A DNA stretch of 64,000 bases from Candidatus Nanoarchaeia archaeon (GCA_028713535.1 JAQTOC010000003.1:7556-71555); one strand, 5' to 3'; counted from the first letter of the stretch, positions 9,876 to 19,216 are shown. Notes: a model not told the origin generated them from the sequence alone. Made by a program: numbers and translations.

Positions 9876-9919
9876 TAAAAAACAATAAAGTTTTTATATT
9901 TTATAATTTTCTAAATTGC

Positions 9920-10231
9920 ATGAAACGTTCGTTCATCAAAGCACCTTTATACGTTCTTACATTGGTTCTGCTTCTTATGTTGATTCTAAACTTAAGAGCA
10001 AAAGCACTTGGAACCTCGTTTGGCTCTGACTGGATGACCTTGAAGATTCTTATTGCAATATTTTTAGCATGGATCTTTTGGCTCAGGTCTTACTTCAAGG
10101 AAAAAGAAATAAAAAGAAAAGCTCTTGAAAAAGGCCAGGAAGTTGCAGAAGCAGAAATGAGATATGTTAACTTTGAGTTCAAATGGTTCTTGATACTCAT
10201 TGTTATTGTAATCCTGATATTGATTATCTAA
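9920..10231 (+). CDS. membrane protein (103 aa)
   Basis: Three hydrophobic segments. Confidence 0.4.
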   Translation: MKRSFIKAPLYVLTLVLLLMLILNLRAKALGTSFGSDWMTLKILIAIFLAWIFWLRSYFKEKEIKRKALEKGQEVAEAEMRYVNFEFKWFLILIVIVILILII

Positions 10232-10448
10232 TAACCGAGCCAGTTTTGCTCTAAAAGCCTGGCTTTTTTGCTTAAAATTAAGGATTTATTATATAAGGTT
10301 CGCTTAATGGTGCTTATGCGAATGTTTATAAATTCTTGATTTATTGGTATTTTGTACAAATTTCACAAATAACACGGTTTACCAACCTTAATCAGAATTC
10401 TCCTTTGAAAATCAAAGGGCTGGGAGAAACCGGAAAGGAGCTGAGCAT

Positions 10449-10730
10449 ATGAATCTTGAAGAAAAGATTGAAATATACAGGACTAAACGATATTTCATAA
10501 TCTTGTTAGGGATATTGGGGATACTCATCTTTGGGGTTACAGTACTATATCCGGTTTTGTATAAGACAATACCGCCGTTTTTTCCATTACTTGCCCTCTT
10601 ATCTCTATTATTTATCATAGTATGCATCTTGGGTTGGTATTATGCTTCTAAAGAAATAAAAGACCTCAAAAAGAGTTTGCAAAAATTGGAAAAAACGAAA
10701 ATAATTACAAAACTCAGCAAAAAAGACTGA
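10449..10730 (+). CDS. small membrane protein (cassette member 1)
   Basis: 2 TM; strong RBS GGAGCT/GGAGG upstream; C-terminus ...LSKKD. Confidence 0.45.
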   Translation: MNLEEKIEIYRTKRYFIILLGILGILIFGVTVLYPVLYKTIPPFFPLLALLSLLFIIVCILGWYYASKEIKDLKKSLQKLEKTKIITKLSKKD

Positions 10731-10742
10731 AAGGAGAACTAA

Positions 10743-11105
10743 ATGGAAATCAAACTTAGAAATGGGGAAACAAAGATCCTTGAATCTTTAAACCTCAAAG
10801 AAACCGAAGACGTTTTGGAGTACTATTCATCCAAGGTAGCAAATCTTCTAATTGGAGGGGTAGTTGACGCATTTTTTGCAGCAATGGTGTTTGGAATTAC
10901 CTTTCTGCATATGTCTTATTCTACTCCAAATACTCTTAACTTTGGGTTATCCATCGTGGGTATCCTGCTATTGAGTTTTTTTGTTGTAAGGGGAACTCTT
11001 AAGCTAACAAAGGCATCCATGATTTTTCCAACTCCAAAGGTTATCAAAGAACAAATAGTTCAACTCGGAGGTGGGCAACTAAACAAAAACAAACAAAAAA
11101 GCTGA
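10743..11105 (+). CDS. small membrane protein (cassette member 2)
   Basis: 2 TM; preceded by ACTGAAAGGAGAACTAA-ATG; ends ...KNKQKS. Confidence 0.45.
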   Translation: MEIKLRNGETKILESLNLKETEDVLEYYSSKVANLLIGGVVDAFFAAMVFGITFLHMSYSTPNTLNFGLSIVGILLLSFFVVRGTLKLTKASMIFPTPKVIKEQIVQLGGGQLNKNKQKS

Positions 11106-11116
11106 AAGGAGGCGTT

Positions 11117-11404
11117 ATGGGTACAGACTATGCAGACAATCCTTATACTTCTGAGGTTACACAAAACGGGGTTGTTGTGTGGGTATTCCTGAACATCCAT
11201 CATCAGTGTTGGATTTTTAAACCCTATGACTCATCCGGCAGACTGATTCCCTGCAAACAAAAGAAAGTACCCCTTCTTCATAACGCTGAGAGAGGAGATG
11301 GACGGAGAATTATCCATAGGGAGGACAGAATCAATTTAGAAAAAGAGATAAAGAAATTTATTCTCGATCTTCCAAACCAACCAAAAATCAGCAAAAAAAG
11401 CTGA
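11117..11404 (+). CDS. small soluble protein (cassette member 3)
   Basis: Preceded by GCTGAAAGGAGGCGTT-ATG; ends ...KISKKS. Confidence 0.4.
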   Translation: MGTDYADNPYTSEVTQNGVVVWVFLNIHHQCWIFKPYDSSGRLIPCKQKKVPLLHNAERGDGRRIIHREDRINLEKEIKKFILDLPNQPKISKKS

Positions 11405-11423
11405 AGAAAGGGAGGAGAAGATT

Positions 11424-11657
11424 ATGTGTCAAACACATACTCCTGAAGGACATAAAGAAATCCAATGTCCTTGCGGAGCTTTGATAGATCAAATGCGTAA
11501 TAAAAGTTGTCCAAGATGTAACAGGAGGCAGTGCCCTTCTTGCAAATGTTATAATACTGAAAGGTACAAAACTACAAATACAGATGGATGGTCTGACAAT
11601 GAATTGGAATATTACCACTGCAAGGATTGTGGAGCCAGCTGGACTGATTGGATTTAA
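11424..11657 (+). CDS. Cys-rich zinc-ribbon protein (cassette member 4)
   Basis: CPCG..CPRC, CPSCKC, CKDCG motifs; preceded by GCTGAAGAAAGGGAGG..ATG. Confidence 0.5.
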   Translation: MCQTHTPEGHKEIQCPCGALIDQMRNKSCPRCNRRQCPSCKCYNTERYKTTNTDGWSDNELEYYHCKDCGASWTDWI

Positions 11658-11781
11658 TGAACAAATGAAGGATTATATCTAATGTTCTATCCGTCAGTTT
11701 TACTGACGGTTTTTTAATTTATAATGTATATATAATCATATCCTATAAATCTTGTCATGATGATCAAAGTCTTCAAGGATA

Positions 11782-12021
11782 TTATGATCTGTATTTTTTC
11801 TTAAAATCCTCAATTGTTCCGATATGGATAGCTTTTTGTTTCTGGATCTTAAGAAGTTTTTCTACATACTCTGGCCTTAATTCAGGCTCTAAGATTACAT
11901 CCTGGTATTCCTTAGCCATCTTGTTTATTGCCTCAGATTTATCCTTTAAGGAGTACTTTGCTTTTAGAATATTTAAGACTTTATTTGCATCTTCCGAAAT
12001 GTTTACGATAGCTTGAACCAT
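11782..12021 (-). CDS. small hypothetical protein (79 aa), antitoxin-like/RHH-like
   Basis: 'MVQAIVNISEDANKVLNILKAKYSLKDKSEAINKMAKEY' resembles small DNA-binding antitoxins; no adjacent toxin seen. Confidence 0.35.
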   Translation of the reverse strand: MVQAIVNISEDANKVLNILKAKYSLKDKSEAINKMAKEYQDVILEPELRPEYVEKLLKIQKQKAIHIGTIEDFKKKYRS

Positions 12022-12076
12022 ATTAATATGGTATTAATAAAGGTTTTGGTCGGATAATATATGTTATGCGAAAGAA

Positions 12077-12772
12077 TTATTTAAGTAATTCTAGAAGAAT
12101 CGTAACCAATAAACTTAGGAAAGCTAATCCCCCCTCCACCCCCCAAGTCCATTTAATCCATCCCATAAAAGATGAAGAAGGAAAATATTGTATTTCAACC
12201 TTAATCCCCTCTTTTTTTAGTTCTTTTTTGATATTTTCAAAAAGGGCTATAGAAGAAATTCGAATTAATTCATAATTATACAAGCTTAGCCCCTTTTGAA
12301 GGGAATGTAAGTCTTTTTTGAGAGTTTTTTTATTCAGATTTATAAAAAAGATATATTCCTCCAGAAGATGTATATTTATCCTAAGAAAAGCTAAGACCTT
12401 TCTTTTATAACCATTCCATCTGAATGTTGAAAATTTGGATATTCTTTTTAATCTCTGGAAAATTAGTATCTTTTGATCTTCTCTTAAGGGGGCGGCAACA
12501 GGCCTTTGGATTACAGATTCGAATAGGTTTTGAATTCGAGAAGATACCTTAACAAGTTGTATGCTTCTCCCAAGCGTTGCTGCAAAGATTAGTAATATGA
12601 TATATCCAAAGAGTAGGGGGATAAGAGGAGGGATTTGTAGTTTATTAAAGAAAACAACTATGGATGCAAGAAACATAAAAGATAAAAATGCCACCCCTAA
12701 AAAATAAATAACCTGAACCAATTTTCCATGTTTATATATTTTTCTTATAACCCCAAAATCTTCAAATTTCAT
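12077..12772 (-). CDS. membrane protein (231 aa)
   Basis: Multiple hydrophobic helices at both termini. Confidence 0.5.
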   Translation of the reverse strand: MKFEDFGVIRKIYKHGKLVQVIYFLGVAFLSFMFLASIVVFFNKLQIPPLIPLLFGYIILLIFAATLGRSIQLVKVSSRIQNLFESVIQRPVAAPLREDQKILIFQRLKRISKFSTFRWNGYKRKVLAFLRINIHLLEEYIFFINLNKKTLKKDLHSLQKGLSLYNYELIRISSIALFENIKKELKKEGIKVEIQYFPSSSFMGWIKWTWGVEGGLAFLSLLVTILLELLK

Positions 12773-12853
12773 TATTTTAGATAAGGATATCTCATTTAAA
12801 TGGTTTTAGTAATTATGCTAAAATTATTTAAATAAGGAGGTTATAATTAGAAT

Positions 12854-13228
12854 ATGTGGAATTTAAATTATGAAGATCCGAAGAAATTTCATATAAGCCT
12901 TGGATTGGGTTTAATGTTGGCTGCAGGAATATTAATTTTTGGGAATAACTGGGCGTATTATACAGAAATATCAGATATTTTAGAAAAAGATTATTCTTTT
13001 TTGTATGAGCTGGAAGAAGGGGAAGAAGAAACAACTCCCAATTTTTCTATCCAGGCTAAATCTGTTTCGTTTAGATTAGAAACTCTCCAAAAGGTAATAG
13101 ATGCGAGAATGGATTTTATGTATACTCTTTTTATTATGGGAGCAATTTCTTTTTTGGGAGGATATGTTTTTTGGATTTTCCCTTATCTTAACGATTTCTT
13201 TAAGAGAATATTTAATAAAAAGAAATAA
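12854..13228 (+). CDS. membrane protein (124 aa)
   Basis: 2 TM flanking an acidic loop. Confidence 0.45.
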   Translation: MWNLNYEDPKKFHISLGLGLMLAAGILIFGNNWAYYTEISDILEKDYSFLYELEEGEEETTPNFSIQAKSVSFRLETLQKVIDARMDFMYTLFIMGAISFLGGYVFWIFPYLNDFFKRIFNKKK

Positions 13229-13260
13229 ATCTTTCGCATAATCCCTCTTATCCGAACCAT

Positions 13261-14265
13261 TTATAATTGAGCACTAATAAAATCATGTTCATGTATGTCC
13301 CGAATTGCAGCATAGACTGGCCCAGAAGCGCTTATTTCCTCTATTTTAGGGTATTCTTTGAAGAAATTATCAGACCTGGAAACAGTATCAGAAATAATAA
13401 ATCTGTCCAAACAATCACTTTTTTGGATGGTTTGAGCACTTTCACGGCTTGCTTTACAGTGAGATACCCCGCCTATCACCGTTGCTGCTCCTGCTTCCTT
13501 GCACAGTCTTCCAACATTTAAGATTGTGCTGCCAGTTACAGTTTCATCATCAAAAGTGAACGTAGCTCTTTCTTTTAATGACTTGCCATATAACTCAAGT
13601 CCATAACATTCAATCTCGCTCCCGCTTTTTCTTACCTTTTTTGCATATCCTGTTATGAGATTTATATCTGGATAAACTCTTCTTACTTCAGCTTCTAATG
13701 ATCCAGTCCTGTTATCCATTGCCCCCTTGTCAGGAGCAATCAAAGCGAATTTATCATATTCATTAAACACCGGAGCAAGATGTTCTACCAAGGTTTTTGA
13801 TAATAAGAGATTATAAAATGGCATTCCACAATCTTTTGTTATCTTAGGATTATGGAGATCTACTGCTAAAATTCTGTCAACATAAGCAGCTTTTAGAAAG
13901 TTTATGGTTGCTTTTGCAGATTCAGAATCATTAGTCTCAGTTGGTCTGTCCTGTCTCGCAAACCCAAAATAAGGTATAACCGCAGTGATCCTCGCAGAAC
14001 CAGCACGATGGGCAGAGTCGCAAAAGATCAACAATTGCAGGAGTTTAGTTGACAGCTCTGGCCTGCCCCCGACAGAAAATGTTTTATGAATTGATTGAAT
14101 AACAAAAACATCTTTTCCTTTCATATCCAGAGATGAATCTGGATGTACCCTGAATTCTTCATCGGGAAAGAACATTTCTGTTGCTTCAGCATTGTACCCT
14201 ATCCTTTCACCAAACTTTTTAGAAGAACTTAATGCAAAAATCATCGCATCATCTTTAAATCCCAT
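13261..14265 (-). CDS. prs: ribose-phosphate pyrophosphokinase (PRPP synthetase) family
   Basis: PRPP-binding motif 'FDDETVTGSTILNVGRLCKEAGAATVIGGVSHC'; divalent cation/ribose-5-P site 'PYFGFARQDR'. Confidence 0.85.
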   Translation of the reverse strand: MGFKDDAMIFALSSSKKFGERIGYNAEATEMFFPDEEFRVHPDSSLDMKGKDVFVIQSIHKTFSVGGRPELSTKLLQLLIFCDSAHRAGSARITAVIPYFGFARQDRPTETNDSESAKATINFLKAAYVDRILAVDLHNPKITKDCGMPFYNLLLSKTLVEHLAPVFNEYDKFALIAPDKGAMDNRTGSLEAEVRRVYPDINLITGYAKKVRKSGSEIECYGLELYGKSLKERATFTFDDETVTGSTILNVGRLCKEAGAATVIGGVSHCKASRESAQTIQKSDCLDRFIISDTVSRSDNFFKEYPKIEEISASGPVYAAIRDIHEHDFISAQL

Positions 14266-14336
14266 TAAATTCTAATGTTATCTGCCTTGAAAAGCATTAC
14301 CCATCTAGAAAATATAAAATAAAGAATGTAAAAAAG

Positions 14337-14627
14337 CTAGTTTCTTCCAGCTTTTTTTATCATTCCACCGACGATAAACAAAACTACTAATATGATTATT
14401 CCTGCCCACCAGACCCAGAGTATGTCAAACAGGCCTACTATGAATGCCACAAGTCCAAGGATCTGCAAGATCTTTCCTATGGTGATTAATAATGGGCTCT
14501 CTGGCTTCCTTGCTGGAATGTATTCTTTGAGGTCTGGAACCGGTTCGATTATTTGTTTAGCCTTGACAGGCTTTTTTGTTGCTCGTTTTTTTGCTGCTTT
14601 ACGGGTAACTTTCTTTTTTGTAGCCAT
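14337..14627 (-). CDS. small protein with Lys-rich basic N-tail and 2 TM helices
   Basis: MATKKKVTRKAAKKRATKKPVKAK then hydrophobic helices. Confidence 0.45.
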   Translation of the reverse strand: MATKKKVTRKAAKKRATKKPVKAKQIIEPVPDLKEYIPARKPESPLLITIGKILQILGLVAFIVGLFDILWVWWAGIIILVVLFIVGGMIKKAGRN

Positions 14628-14734
14628 TTTTCCTCCTGAAATATGATTTAATTAAAAAGGATATACCCCTTTATCTATTTTTCTCATTTAGTTCTTTGGT
14701 GAATATATGGCTAAAACTTTTAGGCAGAGCCTAA

Positions 14735-15040
14735 TCATTTTGATTTTATTTTGATGTCCTTGAATAGCTTATTGAAGATTTTATAGCAGGAATCCAGTTC
14801 TTTTTTCCCTTTTTTTGTCAAAGAATATATCTTTTTTCTTCCCTTTTGTTTTAATTTTATCAGTTTGTTTTCCCTTAAATATTTGAGTGCCGGGTATATC
14901 GTACCCGGCGTAAGTTTACCACCTCGTTTCTGGCCTATCGAATCTGCCAGTTCGTCCCCGCAGAGCTTCTTCTTATTGATTTCGTGAAGTATGAGAAAAC
15001 TGAGAAATCCGCCCATCCCGATATATTTTGGATAATTCAT
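14735..15040 (-). CDS. PadR-family transcriptional regulator
   Basis: 'LTPGTIYPALKYLRENKLIK' recognition helix/wing typical of PadR. Confidence 0.7.
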   Translation of the reverse strand: MNYPKYIGMGGFLSFLILHEINKKKLCGDELADSIGQKRGGKLTPGTIYPALKYLRENKLIKLKQKGRKKIYSLTKKGKKELDSCYKIFNKLFKDIKIKSK

Positions 15041-15084
15041 AACGAAAAATAAACCTTTTTTATATTTAAACTTATCGGTTATAC

Positions 15085-15170
15085 AATATATTGGATAAAC
15101 AATTATAGGCTTAACAATAGATTGGTTAACCTATATATAGGATAAACAATATATAAATTTTTAATAATAA
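15085..15170. promoter_or_regulatory. divergent padR/GNAT intergenic region with direct repeats GGATAAACAAT(x2) and palindrome GGTTAACC
   Basis: ttggataaacaattatagg ... ggttaacc ... aggataaacaatatata read directly. Confidence 0.4.
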
Positions 15171-15251
15171 AATTTTCAATCAAAACCTAAAACTTTTAGG
15201 CGCAAAAATACGCCCAAAAACTACTTAAACAATCAAAATTCTACTTAAAAA

Positions 15252-15578
15252 ATGAAAATCAAAACCAAGAACATAGACGTTAATGGAATAAAATTCTACA
15301 TAGAAAAAGATGGAAAAGAAATAGCGAGGGCATACCTCTATCTTATGTATAATGACCTCCATGACAAGCCTTTTGGCTTATTGGAAGATGTTTTTGTTGA
15401 AGAATCATTAAGGGGCCAGGGCATAGGAACAGAGTTATTGAATGAAGTCCTTGGTGAAGCGAGAAAAAGATGCTACAAATTGATTTGTACTAGTCGATAT
15501 TCCAGGCCAAGAGTCCATTCTTTGTATGAAAAACTTGGTTTTAAGGACCATGGAAAAGAATTCAGGATGGATTTTTAG
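15252..15578 (+). CDS. GNAT-family N-acetyltransferase
   Basis: Acetyl-CoA motif 'VEESLRGQGIGTELLNEVLGEARKRCYKL' (Q/RxxGxG/A). Confidence 0.75.
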   Translation: MKIKTKNIDVNGIKFYIEKDGKEIARAYLYLMYNDLHDKPFGLLEDVFVEESLRGQGIGTELLNEVLGEARKRCYKLICTSRYSRPRVHSLYEKLGFKDHGKEFRMDF

Positions 15579-16093
15579 TTTATCTCTAATTTTTTATAAT
15601 TAAACTTCTTTATTTCTTCCTCTATGTCCTTGAAAGTTTTTCCGCAGAGCATTCCGCCAGCCAAGAATTCTTCGTGAGTTACTTCTGCCAAACAGAAATC
15701 AGGCATTTTAAATTTATTTTTCTCTTCCATGCTTTTAAATTCAAAATCAATAACAACCAGCCCCTTTAATGCACCCTGAAAAATATCAATTTCAGCAGTT
15801 CTTCCATTATGCTCATAATAATATCTTAGTTTGTGTGTTTTTTTGCCGTCGATTTTGCTTAAATCATTAAATTCCTCTTCAGTTAGTATTATTGTCTGCT
15901 CGTTTTGATGTGAAGCATCATCAGTAACAGGCTCTTTCTTGGTCATTTCATATTTATTTCCGTTTTTTCTTATCCTTAATGTAGGATGCCTTCTTGATTT
16001 AGGGACATAAACATCAATTATCTCCTTGAATTTGCAATTCTTTAAGCCATCTGGAATTTTCTTTGCCAAAAACGTTCTTTCTAACTCAATCAT
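15575..16093 (-). CDS. CYTH-domain protein (triphosphate tunnel metalloenzyme)
   Basis: N-terminal 'IELERTFL' (ExExK-like) and overall CYTH size; overlaps the upstream nucleotidyltransferase gene by 8 nt. Confidence 0.6.
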   Translation of the reverse strand: MIELERTFLAKKIPDGLKNCKFKEIIDVYVPKSRRHPTLRIRKNGNKYEMTKKEPVTDDASHQNEQTIILTEEEFNDLSKIDGKKTHKLRYYYEHNGRTAEIDIFQGALKGLVVIDFEFKSMEEKNKFKMPDFCLAEVTHEEFLAGGMLCGKTFKDIEEEIKKFNYKKLEIN

Positions 16094-16586
16094 CTTTCAT
16101 GTCCTTTATTTTTTTGATTAAACTTGAGGTAGAATATCCTTCAATTATCTTGATTATGTAAACTTTTCCGCCATATTTTTTAACAGTCTCAGCCTCGATA
16201 CAATTTTCCCCGTACTCAGAGCCGTTTACATGGACATCAGGTTTAACACTTTCAACAAACTTCAAGCAGTCTGTCTCATCAAATAAATTTACATAATCCA
16301 CACATTCAAGAGCAGCAAGCATCCCCGCTCTTGCTGTCTGGTTGTTTAATGGTCTTTTATCCCAGTCCTTATAGCCAATGTGTTTTTTCCATCGTCTTAC
16401 AGAATCATCTGTATTCAAGCCAATGATCAAAACATCTCCTTGTCGCTTAGCTTCTTCTAGATATTTAATGTGCCCATAATGCAAAATGTCAAAAGAACCG
16501 TTGGTTGAAACTATTTTTTTCCCAGCCTTTCTTAATTTATCACAAATCTTAATTATTTCTTCCCTTGTTTTTATTTTATTCTCCAT
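16086..16586 (-). CDS. cytidylyl/adenylyltransferase, RfaE domain II (HldE-C)/TagD-like
   Basis: 'GSFDILHYGHIKYL' (HxGH nucleotidyltransferase motif), 166 aa; operon context with gmhA/gmhB/hldD. Confidence 0.75.
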   Translation of the reverse strand: MENKIKTREEIIKICDKLRKAGKKIVSTNGSFDILHYGHIKYLEEAKRQGDVLIIGLNTDDSVRRWKKHIGYKDWDKRPLNNQTARAGMLAALECVDYVNLFDETDCLKFVESVKPDVHVNGSEYGENCIEAETVKKYGGKVYIIKIIEGYSTSSLIKKIKDMKDD

Positions 16587-17472
16587 TTTTTAATAGCCAC
16601 TTATGATAGTCTTTTACTGCCTCTCTAAATTTCCATTCAGCCTTGAACTTAAGGTATTTTTCAGCTTTTTTTGTGTCTGCCTGCGACAAATTTTGATATT
16701 CTTCATAGGGATTCTCTATATACTCAATTTCAAAATCAGTTTTCATTGCTTCGTTTAAGGCATAAACTATTTCGCTAAAGTTTATTTTTTCTCCAGTGCC
16801 GACATTGTAAACCCCTGAAGGGGCATCTAAAGCCAATAAGTTTGCTCTGACAATGTCCTTGACATAAATCTGGTCTCTTGCCTGTGTCCCTGGCTTGAAC
16901 AGTCTTGGAGTCTCTCCATTCATCATGGTTTTTCTTAAGTGATACACCATTGATGCAGGCCTTCCCTTGTGGCTTTCTCTTGGTCCAAAAACATTAAAGT
17001 ATCTTAAACCAACTATATGCATTTTTTTAAAGTATGTTTCAGCAATCCTGTCCATTTCAATCTTGGATCTTGCATAGTCTGTCTGGGGGTCTTTTTCCTG
17101 GTCTTCTTCCATTGGGCATGGGCCGTTCCCATAAACAGATGCAGATGAAGCATAGACAAGTTTAGCATTGTCTTTTAGTGCAATATTAATGACATTATTG
17201 AATCCTTCAATGTTTTTTTTGAAGGTGTCTCCTCCCTCATATCTTGGGTCAGTTATTGCTGCCTCATGGAATATAACATCGAATTTTTCTCCAAGATCTT
17301 TTTTCTTGCATATATCCCATTCAATAAATCTTCCTTTAAACCCCCTAAGATTTTCTTTTTTCCCAGTAAATAAATTATCAACAACAACAACAACTTCATG
17401 GCCTTGTTTTTCCAGTTCTAAAACAAGATTAGATCCAATAAACCCTGCTCCACCAGTAACGAGACATTTCAT
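16576..17472 (-). CDS. hldD: NAD-dependent sugar epimerase, ADP-L-glycero-D-manno-heptose-6-epimerase-like
   Basis: N-terminal Rossmann 'MKCLVTGGAGFIGSN', catalytic YxxxK 'YARSK', SDR extended family; context. Confidence 0.75.
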   Translation of the reverse strand: MKCLVTGGAGFIGSNLVLELEKQGHEVVVVVDNLFTGKKENLRGFKGRFIEWDICKKKDLGEKFDVIFHEAAITDPRYEGGDTFKKNIEGFNNVINIALKDNAKLVYASSASVYGNGPCPMEEDQEKDPQTDYARSKIEMDRIAETYFKKMHIVGLRYFNVFGPRESHKGRPASMVYHLRKTMMNGETPRLFKPGTQARDQIYVKDIVRANLLALDAPSGVYNVGTGEKINFSEIVYALNEAMKTDFEIEYIENPYEEYQNLSQADTKKAEKYLKFKAEWKFREAVKDYHKWLLKNGE

Positions 17473-17473
17473 A

Positions 17474-18037
17474 TTAATCCCCCTTTAAAATCAGTTCCAC
17501 CGCATTATATAAATCTTTTTCTTTAAAGTCTGGACTGACTTTGTAGCCTCTGTCCTTTTTCCCTGCGTGCCCTGTTTCAACCAGAATTGTTTTGCATCCT
17601 GCATTTTTTCCAGCCAAAATGTCACAAAGATCATCTCCTATCATCCAGGAGTTTTTCAGGTCAATATTGAACTCCTTTTTTGCTTTTAACAGCATCCCTG
17701 GCTTTGGTTTTCTACAACTACAATCCATGTCAAAATCAGGGTGATGCGGGCAAAAATATTCTCCGTCTATCTTGATGTTTTCTTTGTTTAGCTCAGACAT
17801 AAAGTGCTTGTTAAAATCATGAAACTGCTCAAGTGTAAAATAGCCTCTTGCAATTCCAGACTGGTTTGTGATAATTATAACCTTGTATTTGCTTTTGTTT
17901 ATTTTTTTAAGTGCTTCCAATGAATTGGAAATGAAAATCAGGTCTTCTTTCTTATGGAGATAGTCTGTATTTTCATTAATTACTCCATCCCTGTCCAAAA
18001 AAATTGCTTTATTCATTTTTGAATAATTCTTGCTCAA
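17474..18037 (-). CDS. gmhB: D,D-heptose 1,7-bisphosphate phosphatase (HAD family)
   Basis: HAD motif I 'FLDRDGVIN', Zn-binding Cys cluster 'CPHHPDFDMDCSCRKPKPGM' characteristic of GmhB. Confidence 0.85.
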   Translation of the reverse strand: MSKNYSKMNKAIFLDRDGVINENTDYLHKKEDLIFISNSLEALKKINKSKYKVIIITNQSGIARGYFTLEQFHDFNKHFMSELNKENIKIDGEYFCPHHPDFDMDCSCRKPKPGMLLKAKKEFNIDLKNSWMIGDDLCDILAGKNAGCKTILVETGHAGKKDRGYKVSPDFKEKDLYNAVELILKGD

Positions 18038-18584
18038 CTAAGTCGCATATAATATGCCCAATTGTAATGTGTGCTTCCTGTATCCTTGGGGTGTCTGCAC
18101 TTGGAACATTGATTAAAATATCTACCAGCTCTTTCATCTTTCCCCCAGAATCTCCTGTGAATCCAACAATGAAAATATCTTTTTCCTTTGCAGCATTAAT
18201 GGCATTAATCACGTTTTTTGAATTTCCGCTTGTAGAGATTCCAATCAAGACATCGCCTTTAGCCCCAAAAGCCTCAATCTGTTTTGAAAAAATATCATCA
18301 AATGAAAAATCATTTCCTATGCAAGTTAAAACCGAGCTATCTGTAGTTAATGCTAACCCCGGCAGTGGTTTCCTGTTAATTCTGAACCTGTTTACAAATT
18401 CTCCTGCTAGGTGCTGGCAGTCAGCAGCGCTTCCCCCATTGCCGCAGAATAAGACCTTGTTTCCTTTTCTTAATGAGTTAATTATTGTTCTTGCTGTTTC
18501 CTCAATTCTTTCAGTTAAGACCTCGCTTACTTTGAGCTTTAATTCAGAGCTTTCCATAAGCTGTTTTCTTATTGCCCTTTCCAT
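18009..18584 (-). CDS. gmhA: phosphoheptose isomerase (SIS domain)
   Basis: SIS motif 'VLFCGNGGSAADCQHLAGEF', 191 aa. Confidence 0.85.
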   Translation of the reverse strand: MERAIRKQLMESSELKLKVSEVLTERIEETARTIINSLRKGNKVLFCGNGGSAADCQHLAGEFVNRFRINRKPLPGLALTTDSSVLTCIGNDFSFDDIFSKQIEAFGAKGDVLIGISTSGNSKNVINAINAAKEKDIFIVGFTGDSGGKMKELVDILINVPSADTPRIQEAHITIGHIICDLVEQELFKNE

Positions 18585-18687
18585 TTTTTAATGTTAGGGA
18601 TTTGTTTATTTAAAAGTTTATATTTTAAACTAATCAGTTATTTTTCCCTATAATAATCCTTAAATAACTACCCTGCTTACTAATACC

Positions 18688-19065
18688 ATGAAAAACAGCC
18701 TAAAAAGGCTAGGCTTTTTTGGAGCAACATTCCTAGTTTCATTGATATCTATCTTTCTTGTTTTTTTGATTGTGGATACGATTAAGGATCGTTTAATTGT
18801 TTCCCTTATCTTTGCAGTTATTTTAACATTGATAATTATAATCTTCAGGGCCCCATTCCAGAAAGAGATTGGGGATTCCCAGGAAGGTACAAGGTACACA
18901 ATGCTGTGCCATGACTGCGGATGGGAGTGGATGTCAAATATAACTCCCGGAGTTAAGCCGACAAGATGTCCTAACTGCAGGTCTGATACCCTCGAAACCC
19001 TCGGCTGGAGAAAAGTCAAAATCCAGAAGAAAAAAGAGCAGGACTTGAGGTCATTCTTTAAATAA
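18688..19065 (+). CDS. membrane-anchored zinc-ribbon protein
   Basis: 2 N-terminal TM + 'CHDCGWEW...CPNCRS'. Confidence 0.45.
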   Translation: MKNSLKRLGFFGATFLVSLISIFLVFLIVDTIKDRLIVSLIFAVILTLIIIIFRAPFQKEIGDSQEGTRYTMLCHDCGWEWMSNITPGVKPTRCPNCRSDTLETLGWRKVKIQKKKEQDLRSFFK

Positions 19066-19101
19066 AAACAATTATAAAGCCATTTATTTAAAAAATTCTG
19101 T

Positions 19102-19176
19102 GGGCCTTTAGCGCAGTCTGGCTAGCGCAGCTGACTCTTAATCAGTTGGTCGGGGGTTCAAATCCCTCAAGGCCCG
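19102..19176 (+). tRNA. tRNA-Lys (anticodon CUU)
   Basis: Cloverleaf folded by hand: acceptor gggcctt/aaggccc, D gcgc/gcgc, anticodon arm gctga-CTCTTAA-tcagt, T-loop ttcaaat; no encoded CCA. Confidence 0.8.
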
Positions 19177-19216
19177 TTCCATAACCTTTAAATATTCTTT
19201 TTAGATACTCATAGTA

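Noticed and set aside
19085-19100. TATA-like tttaaaaaa immediately upstream of tRNA-Lys as promoter
   Set aside because: Only ~6 nt from the tRNA 5' end, too close for an archaeal TATA box (-26). A-rich sequence is ubiquitous in this genome.
19102-19176. Alternative reading of the tRNA anticodon as UUA (ochre suppressor)
   Set aside because: Requires a mis-registered anticodon stem. The gctga/tcagt stem with a 7-nt loop gives CUU with U33 and A37, a normal tRNA-Lys.
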